64,000 bases of DNA, taken from positions 1,155,306 through 1,219,305 of the forward strand of contig NW_018405747.1 of the NCBI RefSeq assembly GCF_002113885.1. The letters are read 5' to 3'. This document shows positions 25,441 through 39,100 of the stretch, piece by piece; within the stretch, counting starts at the first letter, position 1; each line of letters begins with the position of its first letter. The position numbers and the translations under genes are program-made. The notes beneath the pieces were generated by a model, which searched no databases, was not told the DNA's origin, and saw only the letters and a list, made by a program, of their open reading frames with translations. Source of the stretch: Mizuhopecten yessoensis (Eukaryota).

Positions 25441-26443
25441 TTAATAGGTCACCTGAGCTTTAGCTCAAGTGACCTATTGCTATCCGTTTTCGTCCGTCGT
25501 CGTCCGTCGTCCGTTAACATTTTACATTTCAAACTTAAAGTCAAGTTCTGCTGGGCCGATTGAACTGAAAGTTGGTAGGAATGATCGCCTCATGGTCCTG
25601 ACAAAGTGTTGTTATTTTTCGGGTCGATCAGAAATCCAATATGGCCGCCACGGCCGCCATTTTGAAAACCTATTTCAAACTTAAAGTCAAGTTCTGCTGG
25701 ACCGATTGAACTGAAAGTTGGTAGGAATGATCGCCTCATGGTCCTGACAAAGTGTTGTTATTTTTCGGGTCGATCAGAAATCCAATATGGCCGCCACGGC
25801 CGCCATTTTGAAAACCTATTTCAAACTTAAAGTCAAGTTCTGCTGGACCGATTGAACTGAAAGTTGGTAGGAATGATCGCCTCATGGTCCTGACAAAGTG
25901 TTGTTATTTTTCGGGTCGATCAGAAATCCAATATGGCCGCCACGGCCGCCATTTTGAAAACCTATTTCAAACTTAAAGTCAAGTTCTGCTGGACCGATTG
26001 AACTGAAAGTTGGTAGGAATGATCGCCTCATGGTCCTGACAAAGTGTTGTTATTTTTCGGGTCGATCAGAAATCCAATATGGCCGCCACGGCCGCCATTT
26101 TGAAAACCTATTTCAAACTTAAAGTCAAGTTCTGCTGGACCGATTGAACTGAAAGTTGGTAGGAATGATCGACTCATGGTCCTGACAAAGTGTTGTTATT
26201 TTTCGGGTCGATCAGAAATCCAATATGGCCACCACGGCTGCCATTTTGAAAAACTATTTCAAACTTAAAGTAAAGTTCTACTTGGCCGATTGAACTGAAA
26301 CTTTGTAGGAATGATCGAATCATGGTCCTGACAAAGTTAAGTTAACATTATATTATTTTTTACTCAAATTGGTACATATTTCAACAACAAAAATAAATAC
26401 TGTAGACTCAGGTGACCGTTTAGGCCGATGGGCCTCTTGTTTT
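25441..26443 (+). mobile_element. Young HINE (Helentron-associated element) with 5.5 x 146-bp core repeats
   Basis: 5' TAGGTCACCTGAGC...GCTCAAGTGACCTA hairpin, (CGTC/CGT)n microsatellite, cores at 25529, 25675, 25821, 25967, 26113, 26259, 3' subTIR CTCAGGTGACC and stem-loop AGGCCGATGGGCCT-CTTGTTT. Confidence 0.88.
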
Positions 26444-27104
26444 GTCTTGTCGACTATTTGTGATAATGTTCAAATGTATGATCAGTAATCTTTTTTGCAT
26501 GCTCAACCAAAGGTCAAAGGCACAATAAGAGGTATTTGTTCAGCTTAAGACTCCTAAATGCACAGAATAAAATTTCGGGTAAAACATACATTAACAAATA
26601 AGAGAACACTTTGAGTAAAACTTAATATGCACTTTAATGATGCAGTCAATAAAATGAAATAAAGTGATGATGTATGGTGCCTTCTTGTCAATGTGAAGCG
26701 TTCACCAGGTTCAAGTCAGCAAGCTTTGTAGCTCTGTGTGCTTGTAAGTTCTGCAAATATAAAATAATAAAATCTGAAATAATTTTCACATTAGTGACAT
26801 GTATCTTAGTTTTAAAATGTTTTGATAAAGTTATTTTAGAAATTTTGAGTATAAAATATAATCTATCTATCCAGAAATTTGAAAGCGTATAATAGTTTTA
26901 AGTTAACATTCTTGACAATTCACCCCATCAGAATACAGTGTAGATTATACAGTAAACATGGATACCGAGTGTATATTTTCTCATCTGCTGGTTTGGAAAA
27001 GGTTATGGGGTCACACAAATAAAATCAGTATTTGTTTTGTAAGGGTAAATTACCTTAGTGCATATTTCTTTTTATCTACAGTTGATTTAATATAAGAAAT
27101 TAGC

Positions 27105-30100
27105 TTACTGTGAAATGTCGGGGTACCCTGTTGTCCTGGCAACTTCCCGTACTTTGGGGCTGGTTTTCACTGCGGCTGTGATCAGTTTTAATATGCTGTC
27201 TTGAACACTGTCTGGCACACCCTTACCTAAATTAATACAAACACGAGACTCGGTGTGTTATAATCTCCAGGCCAAGATCTTAGATATAATAAAACTTGTA
27301 ATTTTTGGCAGCATCAATACTGCACAGAACCTGCCATTATTGAGTTGTTCTGGCTCCATAAGACTACAGGCAATACATGTAGTACGATTTGCTTTTGCCT
27401 AAGTGATTTACAATTTGAAAAGTAATGCAAGTAATAGTTAAATGTAACTGGAGTCCTTTGACAAAAATGAACCTCGGTCCATATTGGAACAGAGTTAAAT
27501 TATGAGTTACCTTGTATGAAAATATGGGACTGTAAATCACATCAATATTTGATAGATAGCTTGAACATGTGTTGAGATATAATCCTACATACCGGAGACC
27601 TTGGTCAGTAGTTTCCTCCAGTGAGGTAGGACCCCAGTAGACAGCAGTGTGTGTGACAGGACTGGAGACAGTGGGATACACTCACAAATGGCTGGAAAAT
27701 ACAAGTGGGACGTCAGTCATATACATTGTGGGCGCAGACCGGCCAGTATTTGTGTGTGGGGTTTAACGCCCTTGCAACAGCTAAGGTCATAAAGAAGACA
27801 ATGACGAAAAGAAACAGTAGGGAAGTTAGAAAAGAAAACGAGATCCCAAGTGTAGCAAAGTGTGCAGCAGAAGAGAACCCCTGCTCCCGCAGAGGTCCCA
27901 CTTTAGTCGCCTCTTGTGACACGCAGTGGGATACAGAAGGTTTATTCCGTCTCCAAACCTGCACAAGGATACAGGCAAGTACAGGTACTACTTCATAAAT
28001 GTCATAGCTCCAGTCGTACAGACTGGTAAATAGCCAGGTTCCACTTCCAAATGTCACATACATATACATCCAATAATGTGCAACAACCAATTGGGATTAA
28101 TTAACTATGCAAAGATATGCAAATAACCTGAAAGCACAGAAGCCAATTATAAACAAACAGAAGTTGGTAGCCTCAGCTAGTGCATAAATATATACTCTTC
28201 AATTTAGCAAATGACTCGCACTTGGCAATATGAATTTTTACACCAAATTTGTTTAAAATTCAACCATATTTAGGACAGCTTCTGCACAAAAAACAAGAGG
28301 CCCATAGGGCCTGTATCGCTCACCTGGATTATCTACGCAATCATGACAGAATATTCTCCAAATGAGATCCATGGGAATATGACAGACCCCAAGGCCAATC
28401 CTTGTAGCATATATATCTGTATTCGATTTTTCATGCCCAGCAATTTTATGTTTGGTTATGGGGTGGGGATCTCAACTGTTTCCAATCTGTGACTCAGAAA
28501 CTAGGTCCCTATGGTGGTGGCCAGACCCCAGGATCAATTCTAATATCATGACTGCATTTGTCTCTTTTTGCCCAGCATTTGTATATATAGTTTTGGGGTG
28601 GGGATCTCAACCGTTTCAAAGTTATGACCCAGGGGTTAAGTCTGCAAGGGTGGGGCAAACCCTGGGGTCAATTCTAATATCATGACTGCATTTGTCTCTT
28701 TATGCCCAACAATTGTATATATAGTTTTGGGGTGGGGATCTTAACCATTTCGAAGTTATGACCCAGGGGTTAAGTCTCCAAGGGTGGGGCAGTCCCCAAG
28801 GCCATCCTGGAAGCATATGTGCATTCATTTCTTTATACTCAGCGATTGTCTATATGGTTATAGGTCGGGGATCTCAAGCTGTGAATAAGAAACTAGGTCC
28901 CTAGGGGTTCGGTCAGTCCCCAGGGTCTATTCTAATATCATGACTGCATTCGTCTCTTTATGCCCAGCATTTGTATATATAGTTTTGGGCTGGGGATCTC
29001 AACCGTTTTTAAGTTATGGCCGGAGGACTATGTTTCCAAGGGTGGGGCCAGACCCTAGGGCCATCCCGGAAGCAAATGTGCATTCTTCTCTTTATACTCA
29101 GCAATTGTATATTTGGTTATATATAGGGTATCCCAACCATTTCCAGGCAATAAACTTTTTTTGGCCCCACCCCTTAGCCTGGGGGGTCAGCCCCACCATT
29201 TGTACAATTTTGAATCCCTGCCTTTTATGAATGCTTCCAACCAAATAGGATTGATATCCAGTGCATAGTTCTACAGAAGAAGTCGTTTGTAGAAATATAG
29301 CCAAATAACCCTTTTTGGCCCAGCCCCTCAGCCCTCTGGGGGGTCAGCCCCACCATTTGAACAATTTTGAATCCCTGCATCCCACGAATGCTTTTGATTA
29401 AATATGATCGATATCCAGTGCATAGTTCTACAGAAGAAGTCGTTTGTAGAAATATAGCTAGCCAAATTACCCCTTTTTGGCCCCGCCCCTCAGCCCCCTG
29501 GGGGGTCAGCGCCACCATTTGTACAATTTTGAATCCCCACCACCTAGGGATGCTTCCAGTCAAATTTAGTTAAATTCCAATCAGTGGTTAAGAAGAAGAA
29601 GTCGTTTAAAGAAATTGTTGACGGACGGAAGACAGACGCCACGGTATGGCATAAGCTCACCTTGGTCCTTTGGACCAGGTGAGCTAACAATAATATTCTT
29701 AAAATTCTTTATAAGAATTGATTCATGTCCGACAGAAATCACATAAATTTCACAGGCACAATATTTCAGTTGGATTTTTGGATTTATCAGAAACTGTACA
29801 TATTATACGGACACTTACCCTGGAGGGTAAGGTGCCATAGTTCGGAGACATCCTCCCACACTGGTGTGTACACGTCACTGATCTGGAGCACCTCCTTCTG
29901 TTTATGGGACTTGATGGTAAATGGACCTTTCACAAACGACATCACCACGACAAAGAACCTTGATTTCTGGTCGGAAAGTACTGTTACAGAAAGAAATGAT
30001 TACCTGCTTTTAGTATACATGTATTGATAAGGTTTTTGCTCATGCTTTGGTTTTGTTATTTTATCTGTATATGGTTTAGTATTTTGCCATCATTAACCTT

Positions 30101-33100
30101 TTATGTACAACGTATTTAAATTTATAAGTTTCCATTTTTTTTTTTATTATATCCCTGCCAGTAAAGCTGCAGGACTGTAATGTTTGTTTGATGTCAGTTC
30201 ATCCAAACAATATAGATACAGGTTGGAGTCTATGTCAATACTGTGCTTGGATGAACATTTTTAAGCTTCAAGCCAACATGAAATTATTGTTGTGTACATG
30301 TTTATGCATTGATTTCGTTAGGCAATACTAACTGTGGAGGAAGTATATTATAAAAGCATTGTTAGGCTATATTATACACAGTGTAACAGACGTATGGACT
30401 GTGATAATCATATAAGAGTTATCTGCACTTAGAAATCGTCTGTGGCGGGACATCACAATAAAGATTATGATCACATTTAGAATCACATGCCTGCAGTTTT
30501 AGTAATTAAGGGGTTGGAATACTGTGTAATTTTGTCCTTGCGAAGCCCGCTAAAGGTGAAACTGGTCGACCAGTACTGAATAAATTTGAAGAAACCTACC
30601 CTGATCATAATTTAATTAGAAGTTTACCAGATGTATTTTGAAATGGAACACTTTCAGTTTATATCAACTGTGTTCGATACATTTAGGGTTGAAATTAATT
30701 ATAACATGTATGATTGAACATGTATTTGTGCATTAAGTGTTGGGTATTTTAACTGGCCTGACACAATTAAGACAGAAGGTTACCTTTGGAGGTTTTGTAC
30801 TGGCGCAGTAACAGGAACATCCCTAATGTGACAAGGTTACACCACAAAATCAGATACTCTTCTCGGTTCACTACAACAAAATAGGATTACACATACTTAG
30901 TGATTCAAGTTTTGTTTGATCATACAGACAAGTGAGATTTTTTCTCTATGATTTTCATAAAAAGAAGTCTTGCCAATCTGCATGCAGATAAGCAAAACAA
31001 GAGGCCCATGGGCCTTAACGGTCACCTGAGTCCTACAGTATTTATTTTTGTTGTTGAAATATGTACCAATTTGAGTAAAAAATAGTTAAGTATAATGTTA
31101 ACTTAACTTTGTCAGGACCATGAGCTGATCTTTCCTAGACCGATTTTAAGTGAGATCGGCCTATTAGAACTTGTTTTTAAGTTTGAAATAGGTATTTACA
31201 AAATAGCGGCCATGGCAGCCAAATTGTATTTCTGATTGACCCGAAAAATAACAACACTTTGTCAGGACCATGATTCGATCATTCCTACAAAGTTTCAGTT
31301 CAATCGGCCAAGTAGAACTTTACTTTAAGTTTGAAATAGTTTTTCAAAATGGCGGCCGTGGTGGCCATATTGGATTTCTGATCGACCCGAAAAATAACAA
31401 CACTTTGTCAGGACCATGAGTCGATCATTCCTACAAACTTTCAGTTCAATCGGCCCAGCAGAACTTGACTTTAAGTTTGAAATAGGTTTTCAAAATGGCG
31501 GCCGTGGCGGCCATATTGGATTTCTGATCGACCCGAAAAATAACAACACTTTGTCAGGACCATGAGGCGATCATTCCTACCAACTTTCAGTTCAATCGGC
31601 CCAGCAGAACTTGACTTTAAGTTTGAAATGTAAAATGTTAACGGACGATGGACGACGGACGACGACGGACGAAAACGGATAGCAATAGGTCACTTGAGCT
31701 AAAGCTCAGGTGACCTAAAAAGACAGAGCACCAATGTTTTCTAGCGAGTGCTAATCTTCTGGTCTATCAAAGAAAATATATGCATGTTCCTTTATACATG
31801 TGAGTTTCACTATCTAGATTTGTAAGAAAAGAATGTAACAAATATAATGCATTTCTGTAACAATTCCCTTGATCTCGAGTGTTAAAGCCTTTCATCGTAC
31901 ACTGGGGACACAGAGAGTTTATGCCTCTTCTCCGATGGCCTGACTACAGAGAGTTTATGCCTCCTCTCCGATGGCCTGACTACAGAGAGTTTATGTCTCC
32001 TCTCCGATGGCCTGATAAGGAGATTTTGTACACTGTACATACAGAGAGGTAATGCCTCTTCCATGATGGCCTGATTCAGACAGGCACAGGTGCTGGACAC
32101 ACTTATAGTAATATAATGTGTATATAATATATTTACTATTATAAAGTATATCCACATCATATAACTATTAGTGTGTCCAGCACCTGTGTATTTACAGAGT
32201 ATTGATAAAGGCTTCACTATGGCCTCCCATAGGGGACTGTGTAATGTACTTACAGAGAAGTGGCACTGCCTCCACGACTACCTGACACAGGACGTGCATG
32301 TTACTTACAGAGAAGTGGCACTGCCTCCACGACAACCTGACGCAGGACGAGCATGTTTCTTACAGAGAAGTGGCACTGCCTCCACGACAACCTAACACAG
32401 GACGCGCATGTTACTTACAGAGAAGTGGCACTGCCTCCACGACAACCTGACGCAGGACGTGCATGTTTCTTACAGAGAAGTGGCACTGCCTCCACGAAAA
32501 CCTGACACAGGACGTGCATGTTACTTACAGAGAAGTGGCACTGCCTCCACGACAACCTGACACAGGACGTGCATGATACTTACAGAGAAGTGGCAATGCC
32601 TCCATGACAACCTGACACAGGACGTGCATGTTACTTATAGAGAAGTGGCACTGCCTCCACGACAACCTGACACAGGACGTGCATGATACTTACAGAGAAG
32701 TGGCACTGCCTCCATGACAACCTGACACAGGATGTGCATGTCATCGTCTGTAGAAATCAGATCTTTCTCTAACACCACTAGGTTCATTAAGGCTCCACAC
32801 ACCACCAACAAGCTCCCCTGAAATGTGTCACTGAAGGTGAGTATCAACATATACATGTTTGTCAACACTATTTTCGATAATGGAAAGTAGATTTAAGATA
32901 TAAAAATAAAATATTTCTCTTTATAGAGTAGAACGTTTTTTTCTTGAAGCAGACCAGCAAAAATAGTACAGCACACTTTTGGTCAACCAATTTTTTTTGT
33001 TATTTAACTATTGTTTCTATCCTTTCATTGTACAACTAGTGCTATTCTATCAACTTTACACAAGGAGGCCCCAAGACTTTTATTTGCCTTTTTACTGTTG

Positions 33101-36100
33101 TCCCTACTATGACCAGACTCAGGACCTACCTTTGTTTGTTTACTATCCAACCCTTAAAAGGAGATGAAAGACTCTGTCTGTTTGCTTATCAGCCCTTAAA
33201 AAACTACTTGCTATCAACAGCTTCAAAAACTGTTTCAGAATTTAGCCTACACTTACTTTGGGTATCCTCTCTCCATAAAACTATTATTAGAGCCTAGCCT
33301 TATCTATCCTATCCTTTTTCTTAAAACTATTCGGTAACAGAGCTTAGAATTACCTTTGCCTGTTTGCTATCTTCTTCCTCCAAGACTGTGCTGAGACAGA
33401 GCTTGAAGTAGTCGACCAGCAGAGTCTGTGAATGGTTGATAAGCAGTATCTGGCGTGACTCGTCCTCTGCCATGAAGTGACAGAAGGCTGGTAACAGGAA
33501 GCGTAGCAGATCAACGTCATCACAGCTATGGTTATCTCCTGTGTCATGTAAACCATCATCACTTCCACAGTCTCCACAGGCTTCTAAACTAAAGGACACT
33601 GATTTAGATTTGTGGGAAGAAATGTCTGTCACATTGTTGTTTCTCTCCCTTTGGTTTTGATTGTTTAGAATATCACTTTCCAGGACTGAATTAGAATCTG
33701 CAGTATTTCCCTGACCTGACTGGTTTCTTTCCTCACATTGTTTAGAAATGTCTGAAACTTTGTTGTCGTCGCATTTAATGTCACATTGCTCCATTGAAGA
33801 TAAAAGATTCTCTTCAGCAGGATTAATATTTTGTGTGACCTCTGACCCTGGACTGTCCTGAGAGGTCACTGGACCAGCATTGTCTTTACCTACTGACGAT
33901 TTCTGTGACTGGTTGGTAAGCGTCGTGTCCTGTTGACTATTGTGTTGTTGAGACATTCCTGTCGGTGTGTTACAACATCCTTTGATTCCATCACCACCGA
34001 CTTTAGCCATCTTTCTGGATTGCACCTGCTGTTTACTACAGGAATAAAAATATCACAGTTTACTTCATAATTAAATCAACAAATCAATCATATTAAATGC
34101 AAATCTTTTCACAAAAATCGTGTCAATGTATAACAAGAACTATTACTTATAGGCTAACTAATACACTCGCACCTTCTAAGAACTAACTTTTGGTCGTAAT
34201 TCACTCAGACTAATACCATTCACAAGGAAAAATAAACGGCATGATTAACAACTACCTTGCAAACTGATAAAGTGTACAAAGTTTTTATGAAAACTATGTA
34301 ATATATCAATAGGAGAAGTAGTCCGGACACCTTTTTTGCTGTTTTTCTTTTAGAAAAGGGACAAAACTCTTTGTCGTAATGGAAAATAACTACTAGGTAT
34401 TGATAAAGTGTATAAAGTTTCATTGAAATCTATGGAGTACTCTGATGCAGGAGACTCCATTAACAAGGTTCTTATAAAGATATGTCTACAAATAGAATGA
34501 CAGACATCTTTACTGTAGAAAGTATAATCAATACATTCACATAGTAGAAAGACTTTACCAGACTTTTAGGAGATAAGGCACCAAGGCGTATGTGTGTTCC
34601 TTAAGAGCAGAAGTCTCCTCGGACATCCACACCCCAAGGACTCGGATAGTGGCAATCACGACGGGCTCTGGATATTTCTACAAGCACAATCTACGCTATA
34701 TAACTGTGAAAATCTTTGCATCTGTTTTACTTTCAATCATCAAGGAGAATGCAAATTCAACATCAGGTTTAAACTTCTTCTGTAATGGCTTTGTTTTGTT
34801 TTGAATCCATCAGAAATTAAAATCTCAAAATGGTGAACGAATTAACATGAGGCAACTCTTTGAAAATGAAACAGTGAAAATTTATCAAAGCAATAGGTTT
34901 AACTGAGTAATACAAAAACTTTGAAATGTTTGTATAATTTCAACATGAGGAAAATTTAGTATATAACAACGCATAGAACATTCCCCAGTGAAGACTTGGA
35001 AACTGCTTTTTACCACATTTACATTAATGAAATGTACTCCCTAAGTACTGTTCAGACACATAAATTTCTACCCGAGTTGTCATTGGCTGAGTATAGATCA
35101 GATCTGGTGAGAGACAAAGTCTACATACATTTGAGGTTTCCTTCTCAGAGGCCTCCCGGAGAAAACCCAAGATTGCATTAACAGAGCCCACCATGGCATG
35201 GTGGAGTTGCGTGACCTGTTTCTCATCCAGCTTCATTGACGGAGAATTGGTCATGTAGTAAATGATGTTTTCCATCAGCAGATAACAGCTACACAGAACA
35301 TCTGCCTTCTCCACGACCTAGAGAGAAATCCACATCAAATACCTTTTACATACTTTTCTTTTTTAGAAATACCAAGAGTAAAACCTTACATCTCCATTCA
35401 ACATATTCAGAGTAATATTAAGTCATCTTAACCCTTACACCACCGTAGACCATAATAGACTCAACCAAATCAATACATGGTAGAGTTTACTAAAGTTACA
35501 TAGGGGTGAAAGCGTTAAATAAAATGAAAATCAGGGAAAGATCTCCAGGAACTCAGTGCAAATCACAGATTCTGACATTATTTTCCGTCATTGAACAACA
35601 TCTCCATTGTTGACATGCTTGCAGTCCTTAATCATCTATTCAACACCCTGAATAATGAAACAGGTTACGTTTTGTAGTAAAATGTATCAATGAGTCCACG
35701 TTAGGTAGAAACAGAAATATTACATGTTGAAGCAAAGCCTTAACTGGTTGCCCAAGTGTGTAAACCTTCAGTGTCGTTACACAAATTCATATGTAACAGT
35801 GGTCATTATTTTTTCAATGCCTCCGTTAGGAGTCAAACACAGGACCTATGGTTTACTAGTCTTACGCTCTACTGAATGAGCTAAAGAGAAATTCTCCCTA
35901 GCCGAGTCGGTAGGAAGCGGCTTATATTTCACCATGGTCACATATGTTAACTGAAATATTTAGTCTCAAATTCTTTCTTTATAGCACTTCAGATGTAAAC
36001 ACCATTTTACATATGCAAACTTTAGAAGAACATTAAAAGTATGGAATTAAGTTCAGTTTCATATACCTGCTCAAAAGGGAAGTTTTCTAATATCATCCTG

Positions 36101-39100
36101 ATTTCTATACAGCTCAGGTGAGTGATGACCAGAAGAAGCTGCTGGTCGGAGGTCAGTGGTGGAAGGACAGTGGTCACTCCTAGGCGGTCAATCATGGCAG
36201 CAACCAAGCACAAAGTAGGATTTCGCTGGTCCTCACCTGCAAAAGCATCACCATGAAATTGATATTGTTGCTACTACATACAGAGTAGAAATAATGAATA
36301 GTTAAATGATACTATTCATATATAGCTATCACATTTATATAGCTATTTTAATCATTTGCAAACACACTATCCTCTGACAGTAATGAAATCTTCATTAACA
36401 GATATTTTTCTGTTTTCATTATTTTATACATTTTGTCTTTTGTAAAATACTCGTGTGAACAATTCATCCTAAATGTTGCTAAACAAATCACACACAACTC
36501 TATATGTAGCTTAACATGTTGAGGATACAGACAAAACAGTATGACCCTTTGCCCATGGTTAATATTGGTTATACAGATCATATGTTGTTTAAAGCTTTTC
36601 ACACATTTGATCCATGTGAACTTAAAAAGCAGGTCATGGTAGTTCACTTATACAAACTTGAAAACCCTTCATCCCAGGAGGCTTCTTGCCAAATATCATG
36701 ACTCTAGGCCTCTTGGTTTTTGAAAAGACCTTTAAATGTTTTAACAAATTTGACCCCTCTGATCTGGATAGTGGTTCAAGTTATTTATTTGGACACAAGT
36801 GATAGCAATTAAATGCCAGTATGCTACTGGCCAAATATCATCACACTAGGCTTCTTGGTTATAAAGAAGAAGTTGTTGTAATGTTTTAAGAAATTTGATC
36901 CCTGTGACCTTGAAAGTAGGTCAAGGTCATTTACTTGAACAAATTTGATAGCGCTTTTCCCCAGCATGGTAGTGGGAAAATACCATGACCCTAACAGTAA
37001 TCAATCTACAATTTATTTCCATGGGTCCTTTTCAACTGTATAGCTAAAAACAATGGGTCCCACAATATTAAATTTTAGTATTTCCAGAAATTCTACTAGT
37101 CCCATGAAACTAGGGACAAAATTCTATGAGTAGATATAGGACTTCGGACTCATATGTAGAGGTATCCCTGCCCTAAGCCTCTCCATTATTCAGATGTTAT
37201 TCAAAGTGCCTTTGGGCAGAAAAGCTAACAAATTATGAGTGGTGAGGTAAATCTTATCAGAAACTTCATTGAAACAGAGGTACATATAGCAGTGGTGAGG
37301 TAAATCTTATCAGAAAATTCATTGAAACAGAGGTACATATAGTAGAGAAACACTGACCTACCTAATCTACTGGTAAGGATTTCTCTCACTGTTTTCACCA
37401 AGACTGGCAGCCAAGTACTTTTCTTACATTCTTCAACCTAAAGGAAATATCAATAAAACAATGAGTATAAGATTGTCAGATTTCGATACCAACACTTAAC
37501 TGATGTCCTATGGTGAAGGTCTAAAGACCTTGTTCATGGATATTGTTTTGAATATTAATTTAGATATACAATATAATCTAGAAAGCTTTTGATAATGCAA
37601 GTTAACCCTTTCACCACTGTAGACCATAATGGACTCATCCAGATCAATGCATGGTAGAGTCTACTAAAGTTACATAGGGGTGAAAGGGTTCAGAGGCCAG
37701 TTGTAACACTTACCATGTCATCAGGAATACTTTGAAGCATTTGTTGTAGGAAGCCGCACATTTCAAATTTGTTGTCATCCTGTGAAAAAGGACAGATTTG
37801 TGCATAACTATTTTTCCTTTTAAACATTTGAAAGTAAAAAGAATAGTGACAACTCCTGAAGATTTGTTTCCATCAAGTACATTTTTTTGCCTGTGTGGTT
37901 GCCAACATATTTGCCCTCAGGGCATAATATTTCTATGATTGTTTCATGATAAAGTTTGAGTAACATTGGGACATTTTCAAATTATTTTTAAGAGGGTTCT
38001 GTAAATACCATACAGTATCCTCCTGAAATGAAAAAAATGGACTTGGCAAACTTGTAGACTTATTGGGTCTTGGGGATCTTACCCTACTTCTTTTGAAAAC
38101 AAGAGTACAGCGGGGCAGAATAATATACGCCCGTCGAATGCCATATAGTGTTGTTTACTTTCTTACATTGAAATAAGATCTGCATCATTCTTAGAGTGGT
38201 AAGCTGAAAATCTCAGTACAAAAAATCAAATACTGAAATGAACAAAGGACAATACTTTTTACAAAAATCGTCCAATCAAACTTCTTTTAAGTGAGACACA
38301 ACTTCATATCATGATTACAATGCATACCAAGTTTCAAAGAGATCCGTTGAAAAATATAGGAGGAGATTGCTGGACAAAAAAAATTACTGAAATAAACAAA
38401 GGGCAATAACTTTTGGAAAAATTGTCGAATCAAAATTCTTTTAAGGGAGACACAACTTAATATCATGATTATAATGTATACCAAGTTCCAAATTTGACGG
38501 GCATATAATAAATATTGGTCATAGAGAGGAAAGGATGTGCATAACTGATTCAATAAATGTCTCCTCTACAAGGAAAAATGGCTGCCATCTGTATACCATT
38601 ACCTGAAATTTGTTGAATGATTTTACAAGGTGGACCATCATGCTGTGAAGAAGCTTAGTCTGTCTGTGTGTCAGCCACACCTTAGGTCCAACCACAGACA
38701 GCATACATCTCAGCACACCCTCTGCTCTCTCCGCCCCTATAACAACAGACAACATAATCAGGGATGGATTCTATTTCTTGCCTATTACCTAAAACCGTAA
38801 AAAAAAACTACTCTTCTAATAAAGTTGTAAATTGTCTGCACATTTCTCATTTGCATATGAAGCCCGGATGGCAATTGTGAATGACGTCAGTGACCCTGAC
38901 TGACCCCAAAACGTCAAAAAATGACGTCACAAACAATACCATGACCTCGAAAGGTCACTATAATTCCCCTGCCAGTCTGTGCCTGTAAGTGATCCAGACC
39001 CATGATAGTATTCCAGCACCACCAGAAATGCGGATATCTCGGTCTAGTATGCAAGAAAGCTGGTATGATGAATTTTGTTTTGAAATTTTACATTATCTAT

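Noticed and set aside
28452-29573. Several short ORFs
   Set aside because: They lie within HINE core repeats and show no transposase or Rep/helicase motifs.
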